A DNA stretch of 64,000 bases from Dehalococcoidia bacterium (GCA_963422295.1 OY729417.1:2049210-2113209); one strand, 5' to 3'. Counted from the first letter of the stretch, positions 18,303 to 28,915 are shown. The notes: generated by a model not told the origin, from the sequence alone. A program made the numbers and translations.

Positions 18303-19853
18303 GTGTCTATGAATAGAAATACCACTGCCGAAAGCTCTGACAGTATGATCCGAGGGTTCGCATCGGAGGCGTCCACAACTTCCGACCTGATCAGCACGCC
18401 TCTCTCGACCGAAGACGGTTTCAGGTGGGGCGAAGGGGTGGAGCCCGATCGTACCGAAGGAGTGTATGACGGTTTGCAGCCGGCGGATGGCTTGGGACGC
18501 TCGATGTCCACTGAGAATCTGGCCGCGCTGCCCGCCGAGTGGGAGAAGGATATTGGCCCGGATGGGAATGACGACCCGGTTCGTATGTATCTGCGAGAGA
18601 TCGGGCGCGTCAGTTTGCTCAAAGCCGTCGAGGAGCGCACTCTGGCGAGACAGTTCGAGAATGGGCGGTATATCGAACGGATCAAGGGTGATCTGGATGA
18701 TCCGAGGGATTCTCGTCCGCGCGCATGGAAGATCGTCGTGCGCTTTTTGGAAGTCATCTCCGCGCACCACGAAGTGGCGAGCGCGATTGCTCGCTACAAC
18801 GCAGTCAGGTTTTCGGGCAGGCTTTCCGAATTGATGTTCGATCCTGATATGCGAGACATACTCGACGGAGAGCTGTCCGATGAGCTGAGGAACTTCCTGT
18901 CCGACGCGCTGAATCTGGATTCCTATACCGATGAGAGTAAGGAGCGTCTCCAGCAGGTTTCGCTGTGCAGCAGGCTTTTGCCGTCGCAGACGCTGAAAGC
19001 GCTGGGAGACGATCCGCATGTCGAGGATCTAGCGGCTATTATACGCCGTCCCGAAACATTAGCTACGCTTCGATCCCATGAACTCGACTTCCTCATACAT
19101 ATGCAGAAGATAGTGGACGAGAGCGAGCGCGCTCAGCGTCACCTAGCGGAGGCGAACTTGAGGCTCGTGGTCAGTGTAGCCAAGAAGTACAATGGACGGG
19201 GAATGTCGATGCTCGACCTGATTCAGGAGGGCAATATAGGTCTGATCAAAGCGGTGGATAAGTTCGACTATCGCAAAGGCTACAAGTTTTCGACCTATGC
19301 TACATGGTGGATTCGACAGGCTATCACGCGGGCTATTGCAGACCAGTCGCGTACCATCCGAATCCCTGTTCACATGGTGGAGACGATCAACAAGCTGCAG
19401 CGAGTTACGCGCCGTCTAGTTCAGGAGAAAGGGCGCGAACCTACCAGCGAGGAGATCGGACGGGAGATGGAGATAACTTCGGAGAAGGTGCGTGAGATTC
19501 TGAAAATCTCGCAGGAAACTGTGTCGCTGAGTACCCCCATCGGTGAAGAGGAGGACAGCCACTTAGGGGATTTCATAGAGGATGTGAATGCGCCTGCCCC
19601 ACCCGAAGCCGCGACCAACCAAATTCTCAAGGACCAGGTCTGGAGTGTACTCAGCTTACTCAGCGACCGCGAAGCGCAGGTTCTTCAGCTTCGGTTCGGC
19701 CTCGAGGACGGACGCGCGCGAACATTGGAAGAGGTCGGCAGAGATTTCGGAGTGACCAGAGAGCGCATCCGGCAGATAGAGGCCAAAGCGCTGAAGAAGC
19801 TGAAAAAAGAGAACCAGTCCCAAAAACTCAGAGGTTTTCTGCATGGGAAATAG
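18303..19853 (+). CDS. rpoD: RNA polymerase primary sigma factor
   Basis: Region 2 motif [22 protein letters not shown] and region 4 motif [20 protein letters not shown]. The exact start is uncertain (GTG 18303 or ATG 18309). Confidence 0.95.
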   Translation: MSMNRNTTAESSDSMIRGFASEASTTSDLISTPLSTEDGFRWGEGVEPDRTEGVYDGLQPADGLGRSMSTENLAALPAEWEKDIGPDGNDDPVRMYLREIGRVSLLKAVEERTLARQFENGRYIERIKGDLDDPRDSRPRAWKIVVRFLEVISAHHEVASAIARYNAVRFSGRLSELMFDPDMRDILDGELSDELRNFLSDALNLDSYTDESKERLQQVSLCSRLLPSQTLKALGDDPHVEDLAAIIRRPETLATLRSHELDFLIHMQKIVDESERAQRHLAEANLRLVVSVAKKYNGRGMSMLDLIQEGNIGLIKAVDKFDYRKGYKFSTYATWWIRQAITRAIADQSRTIRIPVHMVETINKLQRVTRRLVQEKGREPTSEEIGREMEITSEKVREILKISQETVSLSTPIGEEEDSHLGDFIEDVNAPAPPEAATNQILKDQVWSVLSLLSDREAQVLQLRFGLEDGRARTLEEVGRDFGVTRERIRQIEAKALKKLKKENQSQKLRGFLHGK

Positions 19854-19952
19854 AGAAGTAGAGTAGATATCATTCGGAGATTGGTGTTCTTGGCGAATGA
19901 GTAATATCCCGGTCGCCAAAGGACATGAATTAGATTCGGAGTCGTTTACCGT

Positions 19953-21095
19953 ATGACCATATCAGACGCGTCTAGAGCAGATCCCCATAGCAGCTCGTCG
20001 GCAACGGCTCGGCGTTCGTCCGTCGCCGTGGTGTACACGCGGCCAGAAACGGTGCTGGAGGATATAGCGCGGGCGATGGAGCTTGCGGGGTTTCGTTCGG
20101 AGCTTGCGCCAGACCTGCGAACGCTGCTGAAGATAAACATATCATGGCAGCACTACTATCCCGCCTGCTCGACAACGCCATGGCAGCTGGACGGCGTGGC
20201 GCGGACGCTGATGGCCGCAGGACATAACGACCTAGTGCCACTTCACAACGGTACGGTCGTCGTCGATCCGAGAGAGGGCGCGCTCGCCAACGGTCACGAT
20301 GCCGTCGAGCGGATGCACGGCCTTCAGCCGATATTCTTGGAAGATGCCAAATGGGTGGATTACGAACCCCGACCCCCCTTGCTGGTTCTCGACAAGGTGT
20401 ATCCTAACGGCTTCCAGATACCAGAGATGATGCGCGGGACGAACATCGTCCATCTGCCGACGGTCAAAACGCATGTGTTCACGACGATAACCGGGGCGAT
20501 GAAGAACGCATTCGGTGGCCTGCTCAACTATCAGCGACATTGGACACACTCTGTGATACATGAGACGCTGGTAGATCTGCTTAGGATTCAACAGGAGATT
20601 CACCCCGGCATTTTCGCAGTTACGGATGGGACACTTGCCGGTGACGGCCCGGGCCCGCGCGCTATGCGATGGCATATGAAGAATGTGATACTGGCGAGCG
20701 CGGATCAGGTAGCAATCGACGCCGTGTCCGCTCGTCTGATGGGTTTCGATCCCATGTCGATTGGGTTCATACGGCTGGCGCATGAACAAGGGCTCGGGAG
20801 CGGTGTCCTAGATGAGATCGAAATGGTGGGGGATGACATAGACATAGAGGAGGTCGACTGGCAGTTTGCTGCCGCAGAGAACACCTTCGCCAGCCGCGGA
20901 CAGAAGCTCATCTATTGGGGGCCGCTCAAGCCGATGGAGAACTTGCTGCTGCGGTCTTGGATAGCGCCTTGGGCCTATACTGCGTCTAACATATACCACA
21001 ACGCTTACTGGTTGAGATTCGTCGGCAGAAAGCGTGTTCGAGAAGCCATGAAGACTGGCTGGGGACAGATGCTCCGCGAATATATCGGCAGCTAG
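19953..21095 (+). CDS. DUF362 domain protein
   Basis: LLKINISW, TVKTHVFTTITGAMKNAFG and the ASADQVAIDAV region are typical of DUF362. Confidence 0.7.
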   Translation: MTISDASRADPHSSSSATARRSSVAVVYTRPETVLEDIARAMELAGFRSELAPDLRTLLKINISWQHYYPACSTTPWQLDGVARTLMAAGHNDLVPLHNGTVVVDPREGALANGHDAVERMHGLQPIFLEDAKWVDYEPRPPLLVLDKVYPNGFQIPEMMRGTNIVHLPTVKTHVFTTITGAMKNAFGGLLNYQRHWTHSVIHETLVDLLRIQQEIHPGIFAVTDGTLAGDGPGPRAMRWHMKNVILASADQVAIDAVSARLMGFDPMSIGFIRLAHEQGLGSGVLDEIEMVGDDIDIEEVDWQFAAAENTFASRGQKLIYWGPLKPMENLLLRSWIAPWAYTASNIYHNAYWLRFVGRKRVREAMKTGWGQMLREYIGS

Positions 21096-22264
21096 GGACG
21101 CTCTTCCAGATCTACTATCGTCTCGAAGGGTTTGTTGTCGCGTAGATAATCTATGCGCACGCTGTCGCCCACTTCATAGCTCCAGAGCAGAGTTAGGAAC
21201 TTGCCTACATCTGCTGTGGGAATGCCGTCGAGTTTCGTTATGACATCGCCCACTTGAAGCCCGGCGCGGAAGGCGGGGCCGTCTCGCGGCACGCGAACGA
21301 GGATGAGTCCGTCGGTAACATCGAGTCCGAGACGGTTGGCTATGGCAGGGGTTACATCCTCCGCGATGAGCCCGATTAGCGGTCTGACGACGCGACCATG
21401 CTCGATGAGGCTGTCTATGATTGGAATGGCCGTCTCTGAGCTGATTGCGAATCCGATGCCTTGCGCCTGTCGAAGTATCGCGGTGCTGATTCCGATGACC
21501 TCGCCATCGAGGTTTACGAGAGGGCCTCCGCTGTTGCCGCTGTTGATCGCGGCGTCTGTCTGTATCATATCGTACAGCTGTCCACGCTCTGTCTCCACTG
21601 TGCGTCCTAGCGCGCTGATGATGCCCAGAGTTACTGTGGGCCCTCCTTTGAGCGCCAGCGCGTTGCCGAGCGCGATCACCCAATCTCCCACGCGAACATC
21701 GTTCGAGTCACCCCAGTTTACGACTGGGAGAAGCTGGTCTGCGTCTATCTTCAGCACCGCTAGATCCGTCACGATGTCCCAGCCAACACTCTTTGCGTCG
21801 TATGTGTCGCCGTTGGGCAGATCGACCTTCACCCCCGTTGCGCCTTGCACGACATGATAGTTAGTCAGTACATATCCATCCGAGCTGACGATGATGCCGG
21901 AACCCTCCCCGGGGTTTGTGAAGTCGAAGAATACACCCTGATTTACCTTTTCCACAGAGATAGATGCGATGATGGGCTTGACCTGTGAGGCCAGATCGGC
22001 GACGGATGGCAGACGAGCGAAGGCCAGATCTGCGGCGCGCGCGCTGGGTTCGGCTGTGGGGACAATTTTGGGCGAATCTGTCGCGCTCGGCGTAGCCGTG
22101 GGTGTAGGCGCGGTGAGCGCAGTCGCAGTCGTTGGCATTGGCGTTGGCGTTGGCTGCGGGGGCGCAAGCGCAGGGGCGGGCGATCCGCAGGCTGCGAGCG
22201 CGACGATGCATACGGCCACGCCCACGACTGCGGCGATGATGAATATGGTTGAAAGCGGCTTCAC
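21092..22264 (-). CDS. HtrA/DegP-family (S1C) serine protease with N-terminal TM anchor, Pro/Thr-rich linker and C-terminal PDZ
   Basis: Catalytic motifs TNYHVV, DLAVLKI and GNSGGPLVN. The PDZ-like tail contains GLQVGDVITKLDG. Confidence 0.85.
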   Translation of the reverse strand: MKPLSTIFIIAAVVGVAVCIVALAACGSPAPALAPPQPTPTPMPTTATALTAPTPTATPSATDSPKIVPTAEPSARAADLAFARLPSVADLASQVKPIIASISVEKVNQGVFFDFTNPGEGSGIIVSSDGYVLTNYHVVQGATGVKVDLPNGDTYDAKSVGWDIVTDLAVLKIDADQLLPVVNWGDSNDVRVGDWVIALGNALALKGGPTVTLGIISALGRTVETERGQLYDMIQTDAAINSGNSGGPLVNLDGEVIGISTAILRQAQGIGFAISSETAIPIIDSLIEHGRVVRPLIGLIAEDVTPAIANRLGLDVTDGLILVRVPRDGPAFRAGLQVGDVITKLDGIPTADVGKFLTLLWSYEVGDSVRIDYLRDNKPFETIVDLEERP

Positions 22265-22277
22265 CCTGCGTGACCTA

Positions 22278-23189
22278 CTATGTCGTTTTGTCCAGCTCGA
22301 TGGCTTTGATTCTGACGCGCGACGGGGCTGTGAAGATAGCCTTTATACGCTGCATCTCGCCGTCTGCATGTCGGACGAATTTAGAATAGCGAGAGGAGAG
22401 CAGCGCGCCGAACAGCATGACGAGCGCGGAGACATAGACCCATGTCAAAAAAGCCATAACCGCGCCGACCGCTCCATAGACTATGTTGTAAATCGGATAT
22501 GTCTTGATATACCAGAGGAAACCTGACTTTGCGGTCTCGAAAGCTATCGCCGCCAATAGCGCGCACGGCCATATTTCTCTGAAACTTACCTTCGTGTTGG
22601 GCATGTATCGGTACAGAATCAGGAAAGTGATGAACGACAGGAGCGGGGATACGACGCGCGAAGTCAACTGCGCGATGAATCGGTATTCTACTTCGGGGAA
22701 GACCAGATGTACCAATTCTTCTAGGGAGCCTATTAGCGGCGTGATGAATAGGAGTAAAAGCATTAGTATGCCCGCGCCGGCTACGAGACCGAGGTCGATG
22801 AGACGCTCTCTGAGGAACGGGCGAGGGTTGGTAACTCCCCAAGCGGCGTTGATGCCTTTTCTGATTGCGCCAAACGCGGCGGACGCGGCCCATAAAAGCG
22901 CTAAGACGGATGCCGCGCTGGTTATCGTTCTCGCAGATATAACGCCATTTACTGTGCTTCCTACAAAGTCCGATGACACAGGAAACACATCCGCCATCTG
23001 TTGCGCCATCTCCCCTTTTTCCGCCGAAGGCCCCAGAAAGAACGCCCATATGGATACGGTTGCCAGTAGGAGCGGGAACATGGAGAACAGCGCGTAGAAA
23101 GCTATCGCACCCGCAATGTACTGGCAGTTCTTGGAAAGGAAGTCGTTTACAGTATCGGTGCAGAAGAGAACGAATCTCAGGAAGTACAC
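22278..23189 (-). CDS. YihY/BrkB family membrane protein
   Basis: AGAIAFYALFSMFPLLL motif and a multi-TM profile. It lies 13 nt upstream of the htrA-like gene on the same strand. Confidence 0.75.
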   Translation of the reverse strand: MYFLRFVLFCTDTVNDFLSKNCQYIAGAIAFYALFSMFPLLLATVSIWAFFLGPSAEKGEMAQQMADVFPVSSDFVGSTVNGVISARTITSAASVLALLWAASAAFGAIRKGINAAWGVTNPRPFLRERLIDLGLVAGAGILMLLLLFITPLIGSLEELVHLVFPEVEYRFIAQLTSRVVSPLLSFITFLILYRYMPNTKVSFREIWPCALLAAIAFETAKSGFLWYIKTYPIYNIVYGAVGAVMAFLTWVYVSALVMLFGALLSSRYSKFVRHADGEMQRIKAIFTAPSRVRIKAIELDKTT

Positions 23190-23334
23190 AGCACATAGCC
23201 CCCAGAGGATTCCAACTTCTGAAGTTCATCCGATAGTAGCTATGGTGGATTATGCGAGTCAAGCAAAATTGCGGATTCTCTTTTCTGGATACGATGCCCG
23301 CTCGAAAGTTCCGGCATCTCTGCGAGTGTGAGAA

Positions 23335-23351
23335 TTCACTGTTTTGTAACT
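23335..23351 (+). promoter_or_regulatory. candidate Pho box (2 phased hexamers) upstream of the response regulator
   Basis: TTCACT at 23335 and GTAACT at 23346 are 11 bp apart. They are followed after 8 nt by TATAAA (23360-23365). Confidence 0.35.
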
Positions 23352-23437
23352 GTATTCCGTATAAAGAGGCCTAGAGAACCTGCTGTGTGTCGAGGCGAGT
23401 GGTGCTGAAATCGTCCTGAGTGTGCTATTCTCGGAAT

Positions 23438-24133
23438 ATGTCGAACACAGTCTTGGTCGTGGAGGACGACCCCAATATCCTGAGAGCGCTCGAGTACAAC
23501 CTCAAGCAGAATGGATATGCGACACTGACTGCTACCGATGGAGAGTCAGGGTTTCATCTCGCGCGTACTCACAGGCCGGATATGCTGATTTTGGATGTGA
23601 TGCTCCCGAATCAGGATGGATTCGAACTGTGCCGTATGATACGGCGAGAGTCGGATGTGCCTATTCTGATGCTCACGGCAAAGGTGGATGAGACAGACCG
23701 CGTTCAGGGGCTGGCGATTGGCGCGGATGATTATGTTACGAAGCCGTTCAGCATGCCGGAGCTGATGCTGCGAGTTCGCAACATGCTTCGGCGTTATACG
23801 GAGAATCGTGTCGTTGGCAAGGAGAATGCCTCCGAAATCGTCAGATCGGGCAACCTCACTATTGATCTCGTCAGCTATTCTGCCACGCTCGACGGCGAGC
23901 CGCTGGTAATGAAACCTAGAGAGTTTTCTCTAATTGCTCTGCTGGCATCCAGCCCAAGACGCGCCTTTACGCGTGACCAGATTCTCGAACGGCTGTGGGG
24001 ACAGGACTACATCGGCGACTCTCGCACAGTGGATGTTCATATCAGGTGGCTCAGGGAGAAGATAGAGCCGGATCCGTCGAAACCGGTTCGTATCGTAACC
24101 ATTCGCGGCGTTGGCTATCGTTTCGACGGATGA
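23438..24133 (+). CDS. phoB: OmpR/PhoB-family response regulator
   Basis: Receiver domain (VLVVEDDPN, DVMLP, LTAK) and winged-helix C-terminus (TIRGVGYRF). The stop overlaps the kinase start. The pst-phoU operon lies downstream. Confidence 0.75.
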   Translation: MSNTVLVVEDDPNILRALEYNLKQNGYATLTATDGESGFHLARTHRPDMLILDVMLPNQDGFELCRMIRRESDVPILMLTAKVDETDRVQGLAIGADDYVTKPFSMPELMLRVRNMLRRYTENRVVGKENASEIVRSGNLTIDLVSYSATLDGEPLVMKPREFSLIALLASSPRRAFTRDQILERLWGQDYIGDSRTVDVHIRWLREKIEPDPSKPVRIVTIRGVGYRFDG

Positions 24134-25509
24134 GGTTTCCACGCTCTCTGTACGGGCGTATAGCCGCCCCTTGCGTGGTTCTCGTCGTATTGCTGACGGG
24201 GGTATTCGTCATGATGCTGACGCTGATGCCGAATGCCGAGCGCAGCGCGTTGGTGGTGACGGTTGTGGTCGTTGGGCTGGTGGGCGCGCTCTTTTCGTTT
24301 GGGCTTGCGCGCCTGCTCACACGCTCGACAGATCGGACGATTCGACGACTGACCGAAGACGCGCGACAGCTCTCATCGGCTGATCTCGATTACAGCGTCG
24401 AGAGGCTCTCTGAGGATGAGATTTCCGAGCTGGCATCGGCTTTCGATCTGATGGCCGGCGCTGTGCGCGGCACAGTGCGAGATCTCGAGGCCGAGAGCCG
24501 CCTGCTGGCAGCCGTCATGGATACTATGGCGGATGGAGTTCTGGTGATCGACTCCGAGAATCGGATAACGCTTATCAACCGCTCGGCGCAATGGCTGCTC
24601 GGCACCGAGGCTAGGGAGATGGCAGGCAGGCCGCTCGCAGAGGTGGTGCGCGATCCGGAAGTGCTGACACTGGCGGCAGAGTCGGCATATACCCGGCAGA
24701 TGCGACAGGCGGAGATAGACCTGCTCCACCACCGGCGGTTTCTGAATGTCATTGCAACCCCTATCGAGGTGGATTTGGGACGAGGGGTTTTGCTGACTCT
24801 TCAGGATGTGACTGGTCTCAGACAGTTGCAAACTACGCGGCGTGAGTTCGTCAGCAATGTATCTCACGAGCTTCGCAGTCCGCTCGCGTCCATCAGCGCA
24901 TTGGCGGAGACGCTGGAAGATGGCGCGTTGGAAGATGCTGTCGTTGCGCGCGACTTTTTGAGGCGCATCCTGAGCGATATACACAGGATGACTGTTTTGG
25001 TCGATGATCTGCTGGAACTATCCCGGCTGGAGAGCGGACACGCTCCGATATATATTGCTCCGGTCGATTTGGGTGAAGTGGTCGCCGATACGGTCAGTCG
25101 TTTCGAGGTTGGGGCGTCGGCGAAAGGCGTCTCTATAAGCCGCTGTGTGCCGTCTGATCTCCCTTATGTTATGTCAGATGCGGTGAAGCTGGATCAGATG
25201 TTGACCAATCTGTTGGAGAATGCGCTGAAGTTCACGCCTAGCGGCGGCAGAATCACTCTGTCCGTGTCCGTCGATGATTGCTGGGTGAAGCTGATGATTG
25301 CCGATACTGGCGTGGGAATCGCCAGAGAGCATTTGCCTCATATATTCGAGAGGTTTTACAAGGTCGATAGATCGCGCCGAGATGGTGGCACCGGTCTTGG
25401 ATTAGCCATAGTGAATCATCTAGCTCAGGCGCACGGCGGCAGTGTCGATGTCGTCAGCTCGGAGGGGGAGGGCAGCGTGTTTACCCTGATTTCGAGGCGG
25501 GCGACTTGA
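24130..25509 (+). CDS. phoR: PhoR-like sensor histidine kinase (TM, HAMP, PAS, HisKA, HATPase)
   Basis: H-box SHELRSPLASI, N-box LLENALKFT, and G boxes DTGVGI and GTGLGLAIV. There is an ATGA overlap with the regulator gene. Confidence 0.75.
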   Translation: MRFPRSLYGRIAAPCVVLVVLLTGVFVMMLTLMPNAERSALVVTVVVVGLVGALFSFGLARLLTRSTDRTIRRLTEDARQLSSADLDYSVERLSEDEISELASAFDLMAGAVRGTVRDLEAESRLLAAVMDTMADGVLVIDSENRITLINRSAQWLLGTEAREMAGRPLAEVVRDPEVLTLAAESAYTRQMRQAEIDLLHHRRFLNVIATPIEVDLGRGVLLTLQDVTGLRQLQTTRREFVSNVSHELRSPLASISALAETLEDGALEDAVVARDFLRRILSDIHRMTVLVDDLLELSRLESGHAPIYIAPVDLGEVVADTVSRFEVGASAKGVSISRCVPSDLPYVMSDAVKLDQMLTNLLENALKFTPSGGRITLSVSVDDCWVKLMIADTGVGIAREHLPHIFERFYKVDRSRRDGGTGLGLAIVNHLAQAHGGSVDVVSSEGEGSVFTLISRRAT

Positions 25510-26315
25510 GTCGAGACGAGCTCGGCTTCGCTGAAGCCATTCTGCTAGGGCTGATTCAGGGGGTGGCCGAGTGGCTACCTGTGAGCTCCGAAGGGATGGT
25601 GACGCTCGTACACTCTTTGGTGTTCGACAGCTCGCTGTCGGATGCGGTGGGATTCTCGCTATGGCTGCATCTCGGCACATCGTTGTCGGCGTTTGCTGCG
25701 TTCAGGGGCGAGGTGGCTGTCATCGTCCGTGACGCCGTTCGCAGCCCGATGCGCCCATCGCCTGTCGTCGTCTTCCTAGTTCTCGGCACTGCTATCAGCA
25801 TGCCCATTGGGTTTGCGTTAGTGGTTGGTCTGGACGGCTTTCCGCAGGCAGCCGGCGCGGTCGGCATGGCCGCAGTCGGCGCGCTGATGACGATAACCGG
25901 CGCGGGGTTGCTCCTGCGACGCGCTGAGGCTGGCCGGAGGATGCGTGAGGATCTGGGCTGGCTGGATGCAGTGTTGACGGCAATCGCGCAGGGGGCGGCG
26001 GCGCTGCCTGGTCTGAGCCGTTCGGGTCTGACGGTGTCCGCTTTGCTCGCGCGCGGCGTCGATAGAACGGAGGCGCTGACACTCAGCTTTCTCCTTAGTA
26101 TTCCTGCCAGCTTGGGCGCTGGGCTGTATGCCGCGCTCGACACAGGGGCCTACGCCTCACCCGAATCGGTGGTCGCCTTGCTCGTAGCCGCTGTCGTCGG
26201 ATTCGCCACGATAAAGGCGCTGATGCGCGTCGCAAACAGGTTCGATTTCGGATGGTTCGTCCTCATAGTCGGCATTGCGATAGTCGTGGGCGGAATCGTG
26301 GGCATCGGATTTTAG
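25506..26315 (+). CDS. uppP: undecaprenyl-diphosphate phosphatase family (BacA/UppP)
   Basis: GLIQGVAEWLPVSSEG and PGLSRSGLT motifs with a multi-TM profile. The TTG start overlaps the phoR stop (TTGA). Confidence 0.75.
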   Translation: MSRDELGFAEAILLGLIQGVAEWLPVSSEGMVTLVHSLVFDSSLSDAVGFSLWLHLGTSLSAFAAFRGEVAVIVRDAVRSPMRPSPVVVFLVLGTAISMPIGFALVVGLDGFPQAAGAVGMAAVGALMTITGAGLLLRRAEAGRRMREDLGWLDAVLTAIAQGAAALPGLSRSGLTVSALLARGVDRTEALTLSFLLSIPASLGAGLYAALDTGAYASPESVVALLVAAVVGFATIKALMRVANRFDFGWFVLIVGIAIVVGGIVGIGF

Positions 26316-26388
26316 AGGCGGTTTTTACTATCGTCTCCTGCCTTTCCTGAACCCTAGTGGGATATTCGCATGTAATTTTAGCAGTACG

Positions 26389-26427
26389 CTAACTGTCAAT
26401 TAACTCCTTGTTAAACCCTCGTTTACA
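26389..26427 (+). promoter_or_regulatory. Pho-box-like cluster 1 (four hexamers at 11-bp phasing)
   Basis: CTAACT at 26389, TTAACT at 26400, TTAAAC at 26411 and TTTACA at 26422. Confidence 0.5.
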
Positions 26428-26545
26428 GAATGGGGTTAAAGTTTTCTCGAGCTAAAAGCTGGAGGAAAACATACATCGAATGTATTCCCGACTGCCGCGC
26501 CGAAATGACGCCGAATGCGTATGGCTGTTCGCCTGAACGGGCGCG

Positions 26546-26584
26546 TTAATTGATTGTTAATTATATTTTCACAGATCGTTAACT
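26546..26584 (+). promoter_or_regulatory. Pho-box-like cluster 2 (four hexamers at 11-bp phasing), promoter-proximal to pstS
   Basis: TTAATT at 26546, TTAATT at 26557, TTCACA at 26568 and TTAACT at 26579. TAAAAT follows 9 nt downstream (26594-26599). Confidence 0.6.
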
Positions 26585-26621
26585 GAAGGTAAGTAAAATC
26601 GCGGAGGCAATTTTCATAACC

Positions 26622-27638
26622 ATGACAAGCAACAGACAGATTATCAGAGCAGGCATACCGATGTTTTTGGCGCTGTCGGCTGTTTTCGCAATGCTGCTGC
26701 TGGCGGCGTGCAGCACGGACAACGAGACGGATGTGCCTGAACTTACAGTGTCGGACACGCCGGCAGCAGCTGTGACTGAAGAGCAGGCTGTACAGCTCGA
26801 CGAAATGACAGGCACGATAGAGATAGACGGCTCTTCCACAGTATTTCCTATCACCGAAGCGGTTGCCGAGGAGTTTCGCAGGGTTGCTCCGGATGTTCAG
26901 GTCAATGTCGGCGTCTCTGGCAGTGGCGGTGGATTCAAGCGGTTCATTGTCGGCGAGATCGATATCTCCGACGCATCCCGCCCGATAAGTGACGCCGAAG
27001 CTGCCAGGGCTGAGGAGAATGGCATCGAGTACTATGATTTTCTCGTTGGCGTGGACGGCCTTTCCGTGATAGTTAGCCCCCAAAACGACTTCGTGGACTG
27101 TCTCAGCGTCGCTCAGCTCAACGAGCTGTGGAAGCCAGATAGCAGGGTGGACAGCTGGGACGATCTCGACCCCAGCTGGCCGGATCGTAAGATAAACTTG
27201 TATGGCCCCGGCACGGACTCCGGCACATTCGACTACTTCACGGAAGAGATAAACGGAGAAGCTCAGGTATCTCGCGCGGATTACACTGCGTCTGAGGATG
27301 ACAATGTGCTGGTGCAGGGCGTGAATGGGGACCGCAACAGTCTTGGCTACTTCGGCTATGCGTACTATTCGGAGAATGCGGACAAGCTGAAACTGGTTGG
27401 TGTGGATAGCGGCGCGGGCTGCGTCGAGCCATCACTGGAGGCCATAGAATCTGGCGATTATAGTCCGCTGTCTCGTCCGCTGTTCATCTATGTCAGCAAG
27501 TCGAGCTTGGAGAGGCCTGAGGTCGCGGCGTTCGTAGAGTTCTACATGGAGAACGGCAGGGAACTCACTCGTGAAGTTGGTTATGTGCCGCTGTCTCAGC
27601 AGGCATACGATGACAACGCCTCGCAGGTGGGGAAGTAA
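26622..27638 (+). CDS. pstS: phosphate ABC transporter substrate-binding lipoprotein
   Basis: Lipobox LLLAAC and the [16 protein letters not shown] and [10 protein letters not shown] motifs of the PstS family. Confidence 0.9.
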   Translation: MTSNRQIIRAGIPMFLALSAVFAMLLLAACSTDNETDVPELTVSDTPAAAVTEEQAVQLDEMTGTIEIDGSSTVFPITEAVAEEFRRVAPDVQVNVGVSGSGGGFKRFIVGEIDISDASRPISDAEAARAEENGIEYYDFLVGVDGLSVIVSPQNDFVDCLSVAQLNELWKPDSRVDSWDDLDPSWPDRKINLYGPGTDSGTFDYFTEEINGEAQVSRADYTASEDDNVLVQGVNGDRNSLGYFGYAYYSENADKLKLVGVDSGAGCVEPSLEAIESGDYSPLSRPLFIYVSKSSLERPEVAAFVEFYMENGRELTREVGYVPLSQQAYDDNASQVGK

Positions 27639-27644
27639 TGTAAA

Positions 27645-27675
27645 GGGCTCGAAGGTGGGCTTGTTCTCCGAGCCC
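27645..27675 (+). other. intercistronic hairpin between pstS and pstC
   Basis: GGGCTCG (27645-27651) pairs with CGAGCCC (27669-27675) across a 17-nt loop. It sits in a 194-nt pstS-pstC spacer. Confidence 0.3.
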
Positions 27676-27832
27676 GCGCGGGTTCGAGCGGCTGTGGAAA
27701 CGGCGGCTTGCAGTAATTAGCGGGGTGGCGCGTCTGGCAAGGATTGGATGCCCCACCTCCATCGAAAATATCTTAAAGAAACTTATTGTCTTGCACTATC
27801 TCAGCGTAACTTAGTTATAGGGAGACTAAAAT

Positions 27833-28792
27833 ATGGAGACGGCAGCGCCCGGGCGACGAGAGATCGATTCTACTTCGTTCTCTAAAGTCGCCTCCGGCAG
27901 ATTCCGCCGCAGGCGCGGCGTGTCTTTGGAAAGCCGCGTCTTGTGGTGGGTATTCTTCCTCTGCGCGATGCTGTCCGTAGTAACCACTGTCACAATCGTA
28001 TTCAGCCTGCTCAGTCAGGCTGTCGGTTTCTTCATGGAAGTCAGCGTGTGGGAGTTTTTCACAGGCACACGCTGGACGCCGATTCTCAAACCGCGTTCCT
28101 ATGGTGTATTGCCGTTGATCAACGGCACACTTCTGGTGGCGTTCCTCGCGGCTCTTGTCGCGCTCCCAGTGGGTCTGGCGACGGCTATTTTCCTTGCGGA
28201 GTATGCCCCTGACAAGGTTCGCAGGGTTGTAAAGCCCACGCTGGAGGTGCTGGCCGGCGTTCCGACGGTGGTTTACGGCTACTTCGCGCTCACATTCGTT
28301 ACGCCACAGCTTCAGCGCTTCTTCCCTGACATGATCGTGTTCAACGCGCTCAGCGCAGGCGTGGTCATGGGTATAATGATAATTCCGATGGTATCTTCGC
28401 TCAGCGAGGATGCGATGATGAGCGTCCCGCGCTCGCTGCGACAGGCGTCGTATGCGTTGGGCGCGACCAAGCTGGAGACCAGCTTGAAAGTGGTGGTTCC
28501 CGCCGCGTTGTCTGGTATCGTAGCATCGTTCATACTCGCCATATCCCGCGCCGTGGGCGAAACGATGCTGGTTACGATCGCCGCGGGCGCGACGCCAAGG
28601 ATGACGGCCAATCCGCTGGAAAGCGTACAGACGATGACGGCTTACATCGTGCAGCTCGCCTTGGGCGAAGCCCCGCATGGCTCCATCGAATACAACACTA
28701 TCTTCGCCGTTGGGATCGTGCTGTTCACGATGACGCTCGGCATGAATCTTCTTGGGCATTGGGTTGTCCGACGCTGGAGACAGGCTTACTAA
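27833..28792 (+). CDS. pstC: phosphate ABC transporter permease
   Basis: Multi-TM protein with the ASYALGATKLET motif typical of PstC. The RBS GGGAG lies 8 nt before the ATG. Confidence 0.9.
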   Translation: METAAPGRREIDSTSFSKVASGRFRRRRGVSLESRVLWWVFFLCAMLSVVTTVTIVFSLLSQAVGFFMEVSVWEFFTGTRWTPILKPRSYGVLPLINGTLLVAFLAALVALPVGLATAIFLAEYAPDKVRRVVKPTLEVLAGVPTVVYGYFALTFVTPQLQRFFPDMIVFNALSAGVVMGIMIIPMVSSLSEDAMMSVPRSLRQASYALGATKLETSLKVVVPAALSGIVASFILAISRAVGETMLVTIAAGATPRMTANPLESVQTMTAYIVQLALGEAPHGSIEYNTIFAVGIVLFTMTLGMNLLGHWVVRRWRQAY

Positions 28793-28915
28793 CATGACTT
28801 GCGACTGATGACTTGAGATTGGCCTTGAGATTGGCAAAGAGAACGCAGCGCGAACATCCTTCGATCTTGCGCGGATCGTTCGGACTATAAGAATAGCCAC
28901 ACACGAATTACAGTA

